A DNA stretch of 64,000 nt. It comes from an uncultured bacterium (lineage in GTDB: Bacteria; Patescibacteriota; Patescibacteriia; CAIQCM01). The translations under genes were made by a program, and so were the position numbers. Location of the stretch: NCBI GenBank assembly GCA_963708045.1, contig OY970181.1, positions 3,740 through 67,739 on the forward strand, in the 5' to 3' direction. Shown one piece after another: positions 18,626 to 28,807 of the stretch; positions within the stretch are counted from its first letter, which is position 1, and every line of letters begins with the position of its first letter. Under the pieces are notes generated by a model. That model was not told the DNA's origin. It did not search any database and was given only the letters and a program-made list of their open reading frames with translations.

Positions 18626-19186
18626 TTATTTCTTTGCGGCTTCTTTAGCTTGAAAGGGAAAACCAATAGCTTTCCAAAGCGCCAATCCTTCTTCGCGATC
18701 TTTGGCCTTGGCGGTAAAAACCACTTCAATACCATGAAGGCGTTCAACTTCGTCCGGCCTGACTTCAGGAAAAGCGATGTGTTCCTTAAAACCAACCGAA
18801 AGATTTCCGTTCTTGTCAATTGATTTAGTGGAAAGACCGCGGAAGTCGCGCACCCGAGGAAGGGTGATGTTTACAAACTTTTCCAAAAAGTCATACATCC
18901 GCATCCCGCGCAAAGTCACTTTCATACCAACAACCATACCAGTACGGGTTTTAAACGAAGCAATGGATTGTTTGGCAAGCGTCGGTACCGGTTTTTGTCC
19001 GGAAATACGCGCGAGCGTTGACTCAATCGTTTCATTCAATTTCGGATCTTTGTTGGAAGCAGAAATGCCGACGTTCAGCGTAATCTTTTGGATGTGCGGC
19101 GCGGCCATAAGGTTAACAATACCGCGCTCTTTCATCAGAGCTGGCAAAATTTCCTTATTGAATTTGTGGCGAAAATCAGTTTGCAT
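18626..19186 (-). CDS. rplE: 50S ribosomal protein L5
   Basis: [27 protein letters not shown]. Confidence 0.97.
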   Translation of the reverse strand: MQTDFRHKFNKEILPALMKERGIVNLMAAPHIQKITLNVGISASNKDPKLNETIESTLARISGQKPVPTLAKQSIASFKTRTGMVVGMKVTLRGMRMYDFLEKFVNITLPRVRDFRGLSTKSIDKNGNLSVGFKEHIAFPEVRPDEVERLHGIEVVFTAKAKDREEGLALWKAIGFPFQAKEAAKK

Positions 19187-19190
19187 AAGT

Positions 19191-19499
19191 TTACGAGAAT
19201 TGTTCCTTGCAGAGTTTGCAGACGCGGACCTTTTTTCCATCGGCAAGCGCGACGCGCCCGACGCGGGTTGGCTTCTGACACTTCGGGCAAATAAGCATCA
19301 CATTGGCTACCGAAAGCGGAGCCGAGTATTCAACTTTTTGTCCCTTGGTCTTTCCGGTCGCGCGCAAGTGACGAGTGCGGATATTTAGTTTATCAACGAC
19401 AATTTTATTTAATTTCGGGAAAACCTGAATAATCTTGCCAGTCTTTCCACGATCGGCGCCGCTGATTGCTTTTACATTGTCCCCTGTTTTTATTTTCAT
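19191..19499 (-). CDS. rplX: 50S ribosomal protein L24
   Basis: MKIKTGDNV..ISGADRGKTG, NVMLICP. Confidence 0.95.
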   Translation of the reverse strand: MKIKTGDNVKAISGADRGKTGKIIQVFPKLNKIVVDKLNIRTRHLRATGKTKGQKVEYSAPLSVANVMLICPKCQKPTRVGRVALADGKKVRVCKLCKEQFS

Positions 19500-19503
19500 A
19501 TGT

Positions 19504-19875
19504 TTATACAACCTCCGGAGCAAGGGAAATAATTTTAGAAAAACCCTTGGCGCGAAGTTCACGAGCAATCGGCCCAAAAATACGCGTACCTTTTGGTTCA
19601 AGCGATTTTTTATCAACAATAACACCGGCGTTGTCGTCAAAGCGCACATACGAACCGTCTTTGCGACGGACTTCCTTATGCGTTCGGACGATAACCACAT
19701 GGACAACATCGGACTTTTTCACCATGCCGTGCGGATTGGCAGCCTTAACCACGCCAGTAATGACGTCACCAAGACGACCATAGCGTTTCTGATAACCACC
19801 AAGCACCCGGACAACCTGAATGATGCGGGCACCGGTATTATCAGCTGAAGTTAACATTGTTCTGTGTTGAACCAT
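19504..19875 (-). CDS. rplN: 50S ribosomal protein L14
   Basis: [31 protein letters not shown]. Confidence 0.97.
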   Translation of the reverse strand: MVQHRTMLTSADNTGARIIQVVRVLGGYQKRYGRLGDVITGVVKAANPHGMVKKSDVVHVVIVRTHKEVRRKDGSYVRFDDNAGVIVDKKSLEPKGTRIFGPIARELRAKGFSKIISLAPEVV

Positions 19876-19885
19876 ATATGTATAT

Positions 19886-20158
19886 TTAGAAGGCGATGGC
19901 TTTTTCTACTATTTTAACAACGCGCCAGCGCTTATCGCGCGAAAGCGGGCGGCATTCTTCAATAAGAACGACATCACCGGTTTTGCATTCATCTTTTTCA
20001 TCATGCGCCTTGTATTTAGCGGAAACAGAATAGCGCTTGCCGTATTTAGGATGAAGCAACGTCCGTTCAATCTTAACTGTAACCGTTTTGTCCATTTTGT
20101 CGGAAACAACGGTTCCGGTAAACTGCCTTTTTTGTACTTTCGCTTTATTATTTTCCAT
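19886..20158 (-). CDS. rpsQ: 30S ribosomal protein S17
   Basis: [28 protein letters not shown]. Confidence 0.97.
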   Translation of the reverse strand: MENNKAKVQKRQFTGTVVSDKMDKTVTVKIERTLLHPKYGKRYSVSAKYKAHDEKDECKTGDVVLIEECRPLSRDKRWRVVKIVEKAIAF

Positions 20159-20167
20159 AGTAATTGA

Positions 20168-20392
20168 TTAAGCCTTGGCTTTTTTGACCACAGTCGTTTT
20201 TGTGGTGAGAAGGCGCATTTTAAGTTCTGTAAGCGCCCGCGCGATCGTCTTTTTCATCTCGCGAATTTCGCGAACATTCTTTACCGCGTCAGCCGAATCT
20301 TCAAAACGAAGAACGCGAAGTTTTTCGCGAAGTTCGCGATCCAACGAAACCAATTCTTTGTCAGATTTTTGTTTTAATTCTTTGATATCCAT
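20168..20392 (-). CDS. rpmC: 50S ribosomal protein L29
   Basis: Operon position; IREMKKTIARALT. Confidence 0.9.
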   Translation of the reverse strand: MDIKELKQKSDKELVSLDRELREKLRVLRFEDSADAVKNVREIREMKKTIARALTELKMRLLTTKTTVVKKAKA

Positions 20393-20396
20393 ATCT

Positions 20397-20810
20397 CTAA
20401 TGTTTCGTTACAAACTTTGATCGGCAAGGAAGTTTATGCGACGCAAGGCGAAGCGCTTCGCGAGCCGTGGCCTCGTCAATTCCGTCCATTTCAAAGACAA
20501 CCGTACCAGGCTTAACAACAGCGATATAGTGGTCAACCGCGCCCTTGCCACCGCCCATGACTGATTCATTACCATGGTTGGTGCGCGATTTGTCGGGGAA
20601 AATGCGAATCCAAATTTTTCCACCGCGTTTCACAAAACGTGTCATTGCGCGACGAGCAGCTTCTATCTGACGAGCGGTGATCCAAGCTGTTCCCATAACC
20701 TTAAGGCCATAGGTTCCAAAATCAACCTCGTTCTTGTCAGTCGCAACCCGCTTACCGCGAGCGCGTCCTTTGTGCCACTTTCTATGTTTTACTTTTTTTG
20801 GCATCAACAT
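20397..20810 (-). CDS. rplP: 50S ribosomal protein L16
   Basis: [29 protein letters not shown]. Confidence 0.97.
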   Translation of the reverse strand: MLMPKKVKHRKWHKGRARGKRVATDKNEVDFGTYGLKVMGTAWITARQIEAARRAMTRFVKRGGKIWIRIFPDKSRTNHGNESVMGGGKGAVDHYIAVVKPGTVVFEMDGIDEATAREALRLASHKLPCRSKFVTKH

Positions 20811-20821
20811 ATCTTTGCAAT

Positions 20822-21523
20822 TTAATTCGCCGCGTTAGTAGATCCCGAGGCGGCGTTATTTTCTTTTCCAAAAACTTCACCGCGATAGATCCAAACCTTA
20901 ACACCAATGGTACCGTAAATGGTTCGGGCGAAATTATTAGCGTAGTCAATGTCGGCGCGCAAATTCTGAAGCGGAACACTGCCCGAAGAAAGCATTTCAC
21001 GACGAGCAATTTCTGCGCCGTTCAAACGACCCGAAGCCATCACCTTAACACCGAGCGCTCCGGCTTTGGTTACCCGTTCAACAGCCATTTTAAGAACGCG
21101 GCGGAAAGGCATACGTTTTTCAAGGTCGGCGATCATCCCCTGCATCACAACCTCGGCTGAAAGATTCGGCCGCGAGACTTCAACAATATTCAACTTAAGA
21201 TTTGTCTTTTCGGATTTTTTTGCATTTGGTGAAAGACGCGCGACGATCTTTTTCTTAAGATCCTCAGCACCAGCGCCAGCGCGGCCAATAATAAGACCGG
21301 GCTTAGCGGTATGAATAATCACTGAGACAGCCGATGGTGTGCGTTCAATTTCAATATTATCCACCGCCGCTTCTTTAAGCTCTTTTTTAAGCCACTCGCG
21401 CAATTCTAAATCCGTCCGCAGCTGAGTTTGATAGCTGCGATCTTTTACCGGCGCAAACCACTTGGATGACCAAGTGTAGATAATGCCGAGGCGATGTGCT
21501 TTAGGATGTACTTTCTGTCCCAT
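20822..21523 (-). CDS. rpsC: 30S ribosomal protein S3
   Basis: [31 protein letters not shown]. Confidence 0.97.
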   Translation of the reverse strand: MGQKVHPKAHRLGIIYTWSSKWFAPVKDRSYQTQLRTDLELREWLKKELKEAAVDNIEIERTPSAVSVIIHTAKPGLIIGRAGAGAEDLKKKIVARLSPNAKKSEKTNLKLNIVEVSRPNLSAEVVMQGMIADLEKRMPFRRVLKMAVERVTKAGALGVKVMASGRLNGAEIARREMLSSGSVPLQNLRADIDYANNFARTIYGTIGVKVWIYRGEVFGKENNAASGSTNAAN

Positions 21524-21524
21524 A

Positions 21525-22007
21525 CTATTTAACTATTTCTTCTTTTGTTACAGACGTTTTATCGGCCGGTTTAACCGACTTTTTAACGATTTTCTTTTTC
21601 GGTTCTACCGCCTTAACTTCATTTTTAACCGTTTCTTTTTTAATATCCTTTTCCGAAGCAACAGGCGTCCCAGACAAACCATCAGTAACAACAATTGTGA
21701 TATGGGTCGTCCGCTTCCGAATTGGTGCCGCGCGTCCCATAGCGCGAGCGCGCCAACGTTTTAGCGTCGGTCCCTGATCAGCCGTAGCTGATTTGATCTT
21801 AAGAGATTTTTCATCAAGCTTAAAATTATTTACCGCATTCGCCACCGCCGAATTAAGCGCCTTAAGAACTGGCAAGGCGGCTGACTTGTTCAAAAAACTT
21901 AGCTGCGTACGAGCGGCATCAATCCTATTGCCGACAATAAGATTAGTAACCAATCTTACTTTACGCGGCGACATTCTGATAAATTTTGCTTTGGCAAAGG
22001 CGTCCAT
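21525..22007 (-). CDS. rplV: 50S ribosomal protein L22 with basic C-terminal extension
   Basis: RMSPRKVRLV, SAVANA, RARAMGRA..IRKRTTHI. Confidence 0.96.
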   Translation of the reverse strand: MDAFAKAKFIRMSPRKVRLVTNLIVGNRIDAARTQLSFLNKSAALPVLKALNSAVANAVNNFKLDEKSLKIKSATADQGPTLKRWRARAMGRAAPIRKRTTHITIVVTDGLSGTPVASEKDIKKETVKNEVKAVEPKKKIVKKSVKPADKTSVTKEEIVK

Positions 22008-22012
22008 AGTAA

Positions 22013-22357
22013 TTATTTTTTAGCAGCCGGCGCCGGTGTTTTTGCGGCTTCGGTTGCGGCCTTAGAGGCTTCCGCCTGTTTAACTTCAAGATCCTTTTGC
22101 ATTTTACCACCATGACGGCTGAACTTCGTTGTCGGCGAAAATTCGCCCAAGCGATGACCAACCATATTTTCAATAATATAAACTGGGACATGCGTTTTCC
22201 CATTGTGCACACCGAAAGTAAAACCAACCATTTCCGGAGTAATAGTTGAAGCGCGATCCCAAGTTTTAAGAACCGTCTTGTCGCCGGAGCGTAATTTGCT
22301 TACGCGTAGAGCCAGGCGTTCATTGATGTACGGTCCCTTTTTTGTGCTTCTGCTCAT
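22013..22357 (-). CDS. rpsS: 30S ribosomal protein S19
   Basis: [26 protein letters not shown]. Confidence 0.97.
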   Translation of the reverse strand: MSRSTKKGPYINERLALRVSKLRSGDKTVLKTWDRASTITPEMVGFTFGVHNGKTHVPVYIIENMVGHRLGEFSPTTKFSRHGGKMQKDLEVKQAEASKAATEAAKTPAPAAKK

Positions 22358-22358
22358 A

Positions 22359-23198
22359 TTATTTATTTTTCTTGCGACGCTCCGTAATCAGAGAGTCTGT
22401 CCACTTCTTAGGGTCGCGAGTCGCGACGCCAAGAGCGTGCTTGCCCCAAGGTGTTTTTGGATACTTAAGACCAATGGAGTTTCTGCCTTCACCGCCGCCG
22501 TGTGGGTGGTCAACTGGGTTCATCACTTTACCGCGAACACGTGGGCGAATTCCTTTGTTGCGCATTCGGCCAGCTTTTCCAAGACGGATCAAGCGATGTT
22601 CAGCGTTTCCAACCATCCCAATCGTCGCCGAACAATTTTTTGAAACCAAACGAGATTCTCCCGAAGGCAACTTAATCTGCGCGTAATCCCCTTCAACACC
22701 CATAAGCTGAGCACCCATTCCTGCCGAACGAACCAACTCGCCGCCGCGACCAGGGAAAAATTCAATGCAGTGAACCAACATGCCAACCGGAATATTTTCC
22801 AAACGCATGCGGTTTCCAGGTTTAGCTTCAATTTTATTTTTTGACGACATAAGAACATCGCCAACCTTAACGCCTTCCGGGGCGAGGATATAAGCTTTCT
22901 TTCCGTCTTCGTAGGAAAGAAGGACAATAAGTGCCGAACGTCCCGGGTCATATTCAACCGCGGTAACCGTCGCTGGTTTATCAAAATCAAGACGGCGCGA
23001 ATCAATGACGCGCAAAAACCGCTTGGCGCCGCCACCACGGTGGCGAATCATTATTTTGCCTTGATTGTTGCGACCGCCATGTTTTTTCTTAATCACCAAA
23101 AGCGACTTTTCCGGTTTTTTGTTGGTAAAAGTCTTGGGGTCAAGTACCGACGCGTGACGTCGGCTATTGATCGTTGATTTGTAAAGTTTGATAGCCAT
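22359..23198 (-). CDS. rplB: 50S ribosomal protein L2
   Basis: [35 protein letters not shown]. Confidence 0.97.
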   Translation of the reverse strand: MAIKLYKSTINSRRHASVLDPKTFTNKKPEKSLLVIKKKHGGRNNQGKIMIRHRGGGAKRFLRVIDSRRLDFDKPATVTAVEYDPGRSALIVLLSYEDGKKAYILAPEGVKVGDVLMSSKNKIEAKPGNRMRLENIPVGMLVHCIEFFPGRGGELVRSAGMGAQLMGVEGDYAQIKLPSGESRLVSKNCSATIGMVGNAEHRLIRLGKAGRMRNKGIRPRVRGKVMNPVDHPHGGGEGRNSIGLKYPKTPWGKHALGVATRDPKKWTDSLITERRKKNK

Positions 23199-23202
23199 TG
23201 TA

Positions 23203-23646
23203 TTAGTAAACTAGGGTTTCGCCCTTTTTAAGGGTAACGTAAGCTTTGGTCCAATCTTTGCGCTTGCCAGTAACGTGGCCACGGGTAACGATTTTGCCGC
23301 CGACCTGAACGATATTCACTTTGGCAACATGAACGCGATAATGGCGCTCTACTGACTTTTTAACTTCAACCTTGTTTGATCCGCGAGCGATTTCAAAGAC
23401 ATATTGTCCCATCGCTTCTAAGCGCGCTGATTTTTCCGAAACCACCGGACGAACCAAAACTTTGTGCGCGTCGCTTTCGCCGTGTTCAACTTTTACTTTT
23501 GACGGAGCTTTTTCCTCGGTCTTCGGAGAGGTTTTGGCTTCCAATTTTTTGGCAACACTAACTTTGGCTGGAGCGGCCGCCTTTTTGTCGTCTTCTTTTT
23601 TTTCAGTTTTTGGTTGGCCTTTTTTAAGGCGATCAAGAATACTCAT
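23203..23646 (-). CDS. rplW: 50S ribosomal protein L23 with Lys/Ala-rich N-terminal extension
   Basis: PVVSEKS, NKVEVKKSVE, WTKAYVTL. Confidence 0.93.
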   Translation of the reverse strand: MSILDRLKKGQPKTEKKEDDKKAAAPAKVSVAKKLEAKTSPKTEEKAPSKVKVEHGESDAHKVLVRPVVSEKSARLEAMGQYVFEIARGSNKVEVKKSVERHYRVHVAKVNIVQVGGKIVTRGHVTGKRKDWTKAYVTLKKGETLVY

Positions 23647-23647
23647 A

Positions 23648-24283
23648 TTATTTTGAGAGGGCACTGGTTAGCGCGTCAACGCCCGCGACGGTCATAACGA
23701 GAAACGGACGCTTCATCACATCAACAATATTCAAGCTGTCAATGCGCGATATTTCAACTTTCGGAATATTAGCAATTGATTTCCAAGCTGTTTCCGCGAT
23801 TAAAGGCATGCTGATAAGCGTTCCTTTGCCAGCGCAAGGAAGTTTGGAAAGAATTTTTGCGACAACTTTGGTCTTGTATTCCGGCAAGTTTAGATCCGAG
23901 ACAATGATGAGATTATTATTTTTAACCTTGTCTGTCAGAATCATTCTAAGAGCCGACGCCTTGGCTTTTTTGTTTACCTTAACCGTCCAAACGCGCGTAT
24001 TCCTTGGACCAAAAGTTACGCCGCCACCTTTCCAGATCGGTGAACGAGTTGAACCATGACGAGCGCGGCCGGTGTGCTTTTGTTTCCATGGCTTTTTTCC
24101 GCCACCTCGGACTTCGGCGCGGGTTTTGGTGTGGGCAATAGATTCGCGAGCGTTTGTTTGTTGCGCCGTGACAACTTCATGAATAAGCGAAGGGTTGATT
24201 GTGACGCCAAAAACCTTCGCGTTGAGTTCGCGCTCACCGGTTACTTTGCCTTCTGTGTCGTAGATTGAAACTTTAATAGCCAT
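23648..24283 (-). CDS. rplD: 50S ribosomal protein L4
   Basis: TKTRAEVRGGGKKPWKQKHTGRARHGS. Confidence 0.97.
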   Translation of the reverse strand: MAIKVSIYDTEGKVTGERELNAKVFGVTINPSLIHEVVTAQQTNARESIAHTKTRAEVRGGGKKPWKQKHTGRARHGSTRSPIWKGGGVTFGPRNTRVWTVKVNKKAKASALRMILTDKVKNNNLIIVSDLNLPEYKTKVVAKILSKLPCAGKGTLISMPLIAETAWKSIANIPKVEISRIDSLNIVDVMKRPFLVMTVAGVDALTSALSK

Positions 24284-24288
24284 ATAGA

Positions 24289-24915
24289 TTAGACTGGTTT
24301 GGTCCAGCTGTCTTTGCCGGATTCTTTGATAAGAAGCAGCGTACCAAAAGCACCAGGAACGGCGCCTTTTACGGCGATTTCAGCTTTTTCAATATCAATA
24401 TTCATGATTTCCAAATTTTTTATTGTTACGCGATCGGCACCCATGTGTCCGCCCATGCGCGTTCCCTTAAGAACGTGTTGGTTTCCGCCGGCGCCAATGG
24501 AACCAGGCATACGCGCGTTGTCTTTGTGACCATGTGTGCGCGGTCCGCCTTTAAAGTGGTGACGCTTAACAACACCCTGAAAACCTTTTCCTTTGGAAGT
24601 ACCAACAACATCAACTTTCTGGCCAACGGTAAATTGCGAAGCAGTGAGCTCGGCGCCGCGTTCAAGACCAGTGATATCGCGCATTTCGCGCATCACCGCA
24701 ACTGGTTTGATATCTTTAAGATATCCAGCCATTGGCTTGTTTATTTTTTTCTTTTCGCCAGCGCCAATTTGCACCGCGACGTAACCATCTGTTTCTTTCG
24801 TGCGCAGTCCGGTAACAGTATTCGGCGGAACCGAAATAACCGTAACGGGAACAACGGTTCCGTCTTCACGGAACTTTTGGGTCATGCCGATTTTTTTTCC
24901 AAGTAGAAACTTCAT
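24289..24915 (-). CDS. rplC: 50S ribosomal protein L3
   Basis: GKKIGMTQ, SKGKGFQG, PGSIG, KGAVPG. Confidence 0.97.
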   Translation of the reverse strand: MKFLLGKKIGMTQKFREDGTVVPVTVISVPPNTVTGLRTKETDGYVAVQIGAGEKKKINKPMAGYLKDIKPVAVMREMRDITGLERGAELTASQFTVGQKVDVVGTSKGKGFQGVVKRHHFKGGPRTHGHKDNARMPGSIGAGGNQHVLKGTRMGGHMGADRVTIKNLEIMNIDIEKAEIAVKGAVPGAFGTLLLIKESGKDSWTKPV

Positions 24916-24981
24916 CTTGTTTATGACTTTATCAATTATTTGAGAAGCCTTTAACGCAAAAGGCCAGAGGAAACCCGGCAC

Positions 24982-25043
24982 GTCGCACGTTGCTCGTCGC
25001 ATGTGGATATTTCCACGTGCGACGCACGACGCGCTATTTGCCA
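24982..25043. repeat. Period-7 inverted array (GTCGCAC/GTGCGAC family)
   Basis: GTCGCAC GTTGCTC GTCGCAT GTGGA ... TCCAC GTGCGAC GCACGAC GCGCTA. Confidence 0.65.
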
Positions 25044-25199
25044 ATTTTCCTCAGGCCTCACTCGTCTTTGTGGAGTAGGGCGATTATTATGATTAATTCA
25101 ATTAACACCTCTTTGGTTTGCTTCCACTCGCGAAGGTTTTCCCCAATATCTTCCTTTGGCTTGGGACCTTTCTTCGTTGTTTCGGCGTACCCTTTTATT

Positions 25200-25268
25200 G
25201 AACTTTTAACTTTTAGGTTTTAACTTTTAGTCTTTTCTAAAAGTTAACAGTTAAGAGTTAAAAGTTTT
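25200..25268. repeat. Period-7 inverted array (TAACTTT/AAAAGTT family)
   Basis: GAACTTT TAACTTT TAGGTTT TAACTTT TAG-tctttt-CT AAAAGTT AACAGTT AAGAGTT AAAAGTT. Confidence 0.85.
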
Positions 25269-25271
25269 ATA

Positions 25272-25616
25272 CTACATTTTAATCTCAACGTCAACCCCGG
25301 CTGGAAGTGACAAACTCATGAGTGAATCAATCGTTTTTGGAGTCGGCTCAACGATATCCACAAGCCGTTTGTGCGTGCGCATTTCAAACTGGTCGCGGCT
25401 ATCTTTGTGAACAAAAGAAGAACGGTTAACCGTGTACTTTTTCTTTTCTGTCGGAAGCGGGATTGGACCAATTACCTTGGCGCCAGAACGTTCAGCGGTT
25501 TCAATAATCATCCGTGTGGATTGATCAATGATCTTATGGTCATACGCGCGAATCTTAATGCGGATTCGCGATTTGCTTTCCTCTTCTTTGGTGGTGATTT
25601 TCTTTTCTTCAGCCAT
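25272..25616 (-). CDS. rpsJ: 30S ribosomal protein S10
   Basis: [27 protein letters not shown]. Confidence 0.97.
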   Translation of the reverse strand: MAEEKKITTKEEESKSRIRIKIRAYDHKIIDQSTRMIIETAERSGAKVIGPIPLPTEKKKYTVNRSSFVHKDSRDQFEMRTHKRLVDIVEPTPKTIDSLMSLSLPAGVDVEIKM

Positions 25617-25630
25617 GTAAGTTTCAGAAT

Positions 25631-25658
25631 CCCCACCCCGATTGTAGTCGGGGTGGGG
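25631..25658. terminator. GC-rich hairpin between tuf and rpsJ
   Basis: CCCCACCCCGA-TTGTAG-TCGGGGTGGGG; no strong U-tract. Confidence 0.4.
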
Positions 25659-25671
25659 GTCAGTATCAAAT

Positions 25672-26868
25672 TTATTTAATAATCTTCACAACAACGCCGG
25701 CGCCGACTGTTTTGCCGCCCTCGCGGATAGCAAAGCGCTGTTTCTCTTCCAAAGCAACCGGGTTGATGAGTTTGATTTTTAGGTTAACCGTATCGCCAGG
25801 CATAACCATTTCCACGCCAGCCGGCAATTCAACTTCGCCAGTAACATCGGTAGTGCGGAGATAAAATTGCGGTTTATAGCCTTTGAAGAAAGGCTTATGG
25901 CGGCCACCTTCTTCTTTGGTAAGGGCATAGACTTCGGCATCAAATTCGGTATGTGGCGTAACCGATCCCGGCTTTGCCAAAACCATACCGCGTTCAACTT
26001 CTTCCTTTTTCAAACCACGAAGAAGCAAACCAGCGTTGTCGCCAGCCTGTCCGCGATCCAATTGCTTGTTAAACATTTCAATACCGGTTACAACCGTCTT
26101 TTTGGTTTCATGCAAACCAACGATTTCAACTTCGTCGTTCAAATTGATAACACCGCGCTCAATACGACCAGTCGCGACAGTTCCACGTCCTTCAATAGAG
26201 AAGACGTCTTCAACTGGCATAAGAAACGGCTTGTCCATATCGCGAACCGGTTCTGGAATGTATTCATCCAAAGTCTTGATAAGATCAAGAATCGGCTTGG
26301 AAGCGGCTTCATCTTTCGGATTTTCCAAAGCCTTGAGCGCTGAACCACGAATGATTGGGGTGGTGTCGCCCGGATAGTGATATTTCTTAAGCAAATCGCG
26401 AATTTCTTCTTCAACAAGGTCAATAAGTTCCTTGTCTTCAACCATGTCAACTTTGTTCAAAAAGACGACAATGTGAGGAACGCCGACTTGGTAAGCCAAA
26501 AGAATGTGTTCGCGGGTCTGAGGCATTGGGCCATCAGCGGCGGAAACAACAAGGATCGCGCCGTCCATTTGCGCGGCGCCGGTGATCATGTTTTTGACAT
26601 AATCGGCGTGGCCAGGACAATCAACGTGCGCGTAGTGGCGCTTGTCGGATTCGTATTCAACGTGAGCGGTGGCAATAGTAATACCGCGAGCCTTTTCTTC
26701 AGGAGCGGCGTCAATTTGGTCAACGCTCTTATCCTGCGCCGTCATACCATGCGCTTTGAGCACTTGGAGAATTGCGGCGGTAAGAGTGGTTTTTCCATGG
26801 TCAACGTGACCAATGGTGCCGACGTTAACGTGCGGCTTAGATCGTTCAAATTTTTTAGCGTCTGCCAT
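25672..26868 (-). CDS. tuf: Elongation factor Tu
   Basis: [28 protein letters not shown]. Confidence 0.98.
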   Translation of the reverse strand: MADAKKFERSKPHVNVGTIGHVDHGKTTLTAAILQVLKAHGMTAQDKSVDQIDAAPEEKARGITIATAHVEYESDKRHYAHVDCPGHADYVKNMITGAAQMDGAILVVSAADGPMPQTREHILLAYQVGVPHIVVFLNKVDMVEDKELIDLVEEEIRDLLKKYHYPGDTTPIIRGSALKALENPKDEAASKPILDLIKTLDEYIPEPVRDMDKPFLMPVEDVFSIEGRGTVATGRIERGVINLNDEVEIVGLHETKKTVVTGIEMFNKQLDRGQAGDNAGLLLRGLKKEEVERGMVLAKPGSVTPHTEFDAEVYALTKEEGGRHKPFFKGYKPQFYLRTTDVTGEVELPAGVEMVMPGDTVNLKIKLINPVALEEKQRFAIREGGKTVGAGVVVKIIK

Positions 26869-26921
26869 ATGATTTTAAGAAAAAAAAATTGGCTTGGTTA
26901 CGAATGAATTAAGCAATAATG

Positions 26922-26950
26922 AGTATAACAGAGGATAAAATTTCGCGCAA
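26922..26950 (-). promoter_or_regulatory. Putative tuf promoter
   Basis: TTGCGC-N17-TATACT with extended TG. Confidence 0.55.
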
Positions 26951-26961
26951 GTCCCCCTCCA

Positions 26962-27005
26962 CTTGAACCATACACCATGAACCATGTACCAAGAACTACG
27001 CATTA
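26962..27005. repeat. Period-7 array (ATGAACC family), single arm in register with the upstream stop codon
   Basis: Minus strand: TAATGCG TAGTTCT TGGTACA TGGTTCA TGGTGTA TGGTTCA. Confidence 0.65.
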
Positions 27006-27449
27006 TTCAATAGGCTCTAGGTAGTACTGATCGTCACCAACTTCATCATCTAAAGCGTCAGGTGGGGCTGGATTTTCACTAATTTTTTGGCTTTCTTCAG
27101 CTAATTTTTTATTGATTACTTCTACGTCTTCTTTTTCCTTAATTTCCTTTTGAACTGGTTCGGCAACTGGTTTTTTATTTTCTTCCGCAACCAATTCATC
27201 TATCTCAGCAATTTCACGGAGGACTTTATCCTCATCATCGTCTGAGATGAACGAAAAATCTTCATCATCTTCGGGGTCACATTCGCCGTCAACTAAATCC
27301 AAAAGTGACGCCTGACCGGCGGAAATTTTTTCATAGTCGTCAAAAGGCAACACCGCGTGCGCTTTGCCGCTTTCCGGATTCACAACAATCATCCTATCCC
27401 CCGTTCGTTCGGATAATCGCATTATTCGCTGAAGTAAGTTTGCATCCAT
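27003..27449 (-). CDS. Hypothetical acidic protein
   Basis: 148-aa ORF, compact N-terminal domain, very acidic tail ending QYYLEPIE. Confidence 0.75.
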   Translation of the reverse strand: MDANLLQRIMRLSERTGDRMIVVNPESGKAHAVLPFDDYEKISAGQASLLDLVDGECDPEDDEDFSFISDDDEDKVLREIAEIDELVAEENKKPVAEPVQKEIKEKEDVEVINKKLAEESQKISENPAPPDALDDEVGDDQYYLEPIE

Positions 27450-27518
27450 ATTATTTATTTACCTTAGTAAAAGTTATGCAGGGCGTCAACAGCCATTACT
27501 GAACAACCAATTAACCTG

Positions 27519-27615
27519 CCGTCATTCCGAGCCCGTAAGGTCGTTTTGGTCAGGGCGAGGAATCACGGAGCCAGCCTTGAGACGTTGAGTTCCCTCGTTA
27601 CCACTCGGGATGACG
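27519..27615. repeat. Degenerate palindromic element (GTCATTCCGAG ... CTCGGGATGAC), MITE/REP-like
   Basis: Terminal CGTCATTCCGAG / CTCGGGATGACG and inner CGAGGAA / TTCCCTCG pairings. Confidence 0.55.
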
Positions 27616-27639
27616 CCGAGATGGATTAGAAATTAGGTA

Positions 27640-28731
27640 TTAGATATTTTTATAAGCAGTTCCCACCGCCTCCGAAATATTCTTGTAACCATTTTTATCT
27701 AGAAGCGCAACCAATCCGCGATTGATTTCGCCGATAAGTTGTGGGCCTTCAAAAATCATTCCCGTGATTAATTCTACAAGCGTCGCGCCGAGTTGAATTT
27801 TTCGGAACGCATCCTCGGCGCTAAAAACACCGCCACACCCAATGATAATATATTTGCCCTGCGCCTTCTTATATATATACGCAATCTGATCGTCAGAAAG
27901 TTTCTGCACCATCTTCCCAGAAAGCCCGCCCTTCAAGCGGATATCGTTCTCTTCTTTTTTCTCTTTAGTGAGATTAGTGCAAATAAAACCATGAACGCGG
28001 TGACGCGACGAAACTTCAAGAAGTGGATCTAATTTTTGCGGGGTAAGATCGGGTGATAACTTAAGAAAGACGGGCTTTTTTGTCGGAATTGCGTCAAGCT
28101 GCGTCAATAATAAATCTAACCGCACGGGATCGGTAAATGGTTCGCCGCCGTAAGCATTAGGGCAACTGATGTTCACCGTAAAATAATCACCGATGTCTTT
28201 AAACGCGTTAAACGCTTTCGCATAATCCGCGATGCCCGTTTCCGTATCCGCACATGCGACATTGTTAGTCTTGGCAATATTAATACCAACGGGGATTTTA
28301 AATTTTTTATTCGCTAGACGGACGGAGATTTTTTCGCAACCGTCATTTTTTAATCCGTAGTGCACGACTAAAGCTTTTAATTGCGGCAAACGCCAGAGTC
28401 GCGGCTTAGAATTTCCCTCACACGGTTCGCCGGTAATTGATCCGACTTCGGTGAAACCAAAACCAACCTCCAGCATTATGTCCGTCATTTTGGCATCTTT
28501 ATCAAACCCAGCCGAAAGTCCAATTGGATTTACGAATTTTATTCCCGCGACCATTTGTTCCAAGCGCGGATTTTTATAAGAAAAAAGCCTACGCGTTATT
28601 GCGCGCGTGAATTTATATTTTCCCAAAAACACGCCGACTGCCGTAAACCAATCATGAACTTGCTCAGCATCAAAAAGAAAAAGAATGGGTTTAAGCGCTT
28701 TTCTATATACCGCCCCGATGATTTTCGCCAT
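27640..28731 (-). CDS. pyrD: Dihydroorotate dehydrogenase, quinone-type (class 2)
   Basis: NPIGLSAGFDK, GN.KPRLWRL, NISCPN, KLSPDL, TNLT, GGLSG, GCGGV. Confidence 0.92.
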   Translation of the reverse strand: MAKIIGAVYRKALKPILFLFDAEQVHDWFTAVGVFLGKYKFTRAITRRLFSYKNPRLEQMVAGIKFVNPIGLSAGFDKDAKMTDIMLEVGFGFTEVGSITGEPCEGNSKPRLWRLPQLKALVVHYGLKNDGCEKISVRLANKKFKIPVGINIAKTNNVACADTETGIADYAKAFNAFKDIGDYFTVNISCPNAYGGEPFTDPVRLDLLLTQLDAIPTKKPVFLKLSPDLTPQKLDPLLEVSSRHRVHGFICTNLTKEKKEENDIRLKGGLSGKMVQKLSDDQIAYIYKKAQGKYIIIGCGGVFSAEDAFRKIQLGATLVELITGMIFEGPQLIGEINRGLVALLDKNGYKNISEAVGTAYKNI

Positions 28732-28761
28732 ATGGCTATACTCTATAATGGAAGTCCAAAA

Positions 28762-28803
28762 AAAACAAAAGACCTCGCGGTTGGCGAGGTCTTTTGTTTT
28801 TTT
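28762..28803 (-). terminator. Intrinsic terminator after fusA
   Basis: AAAACAAAAGACCTCGC-N5-GCGAGGTCTTTTGTTTT. Confidence 0.8.
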
Positions 28804-28807
28804 AAAA

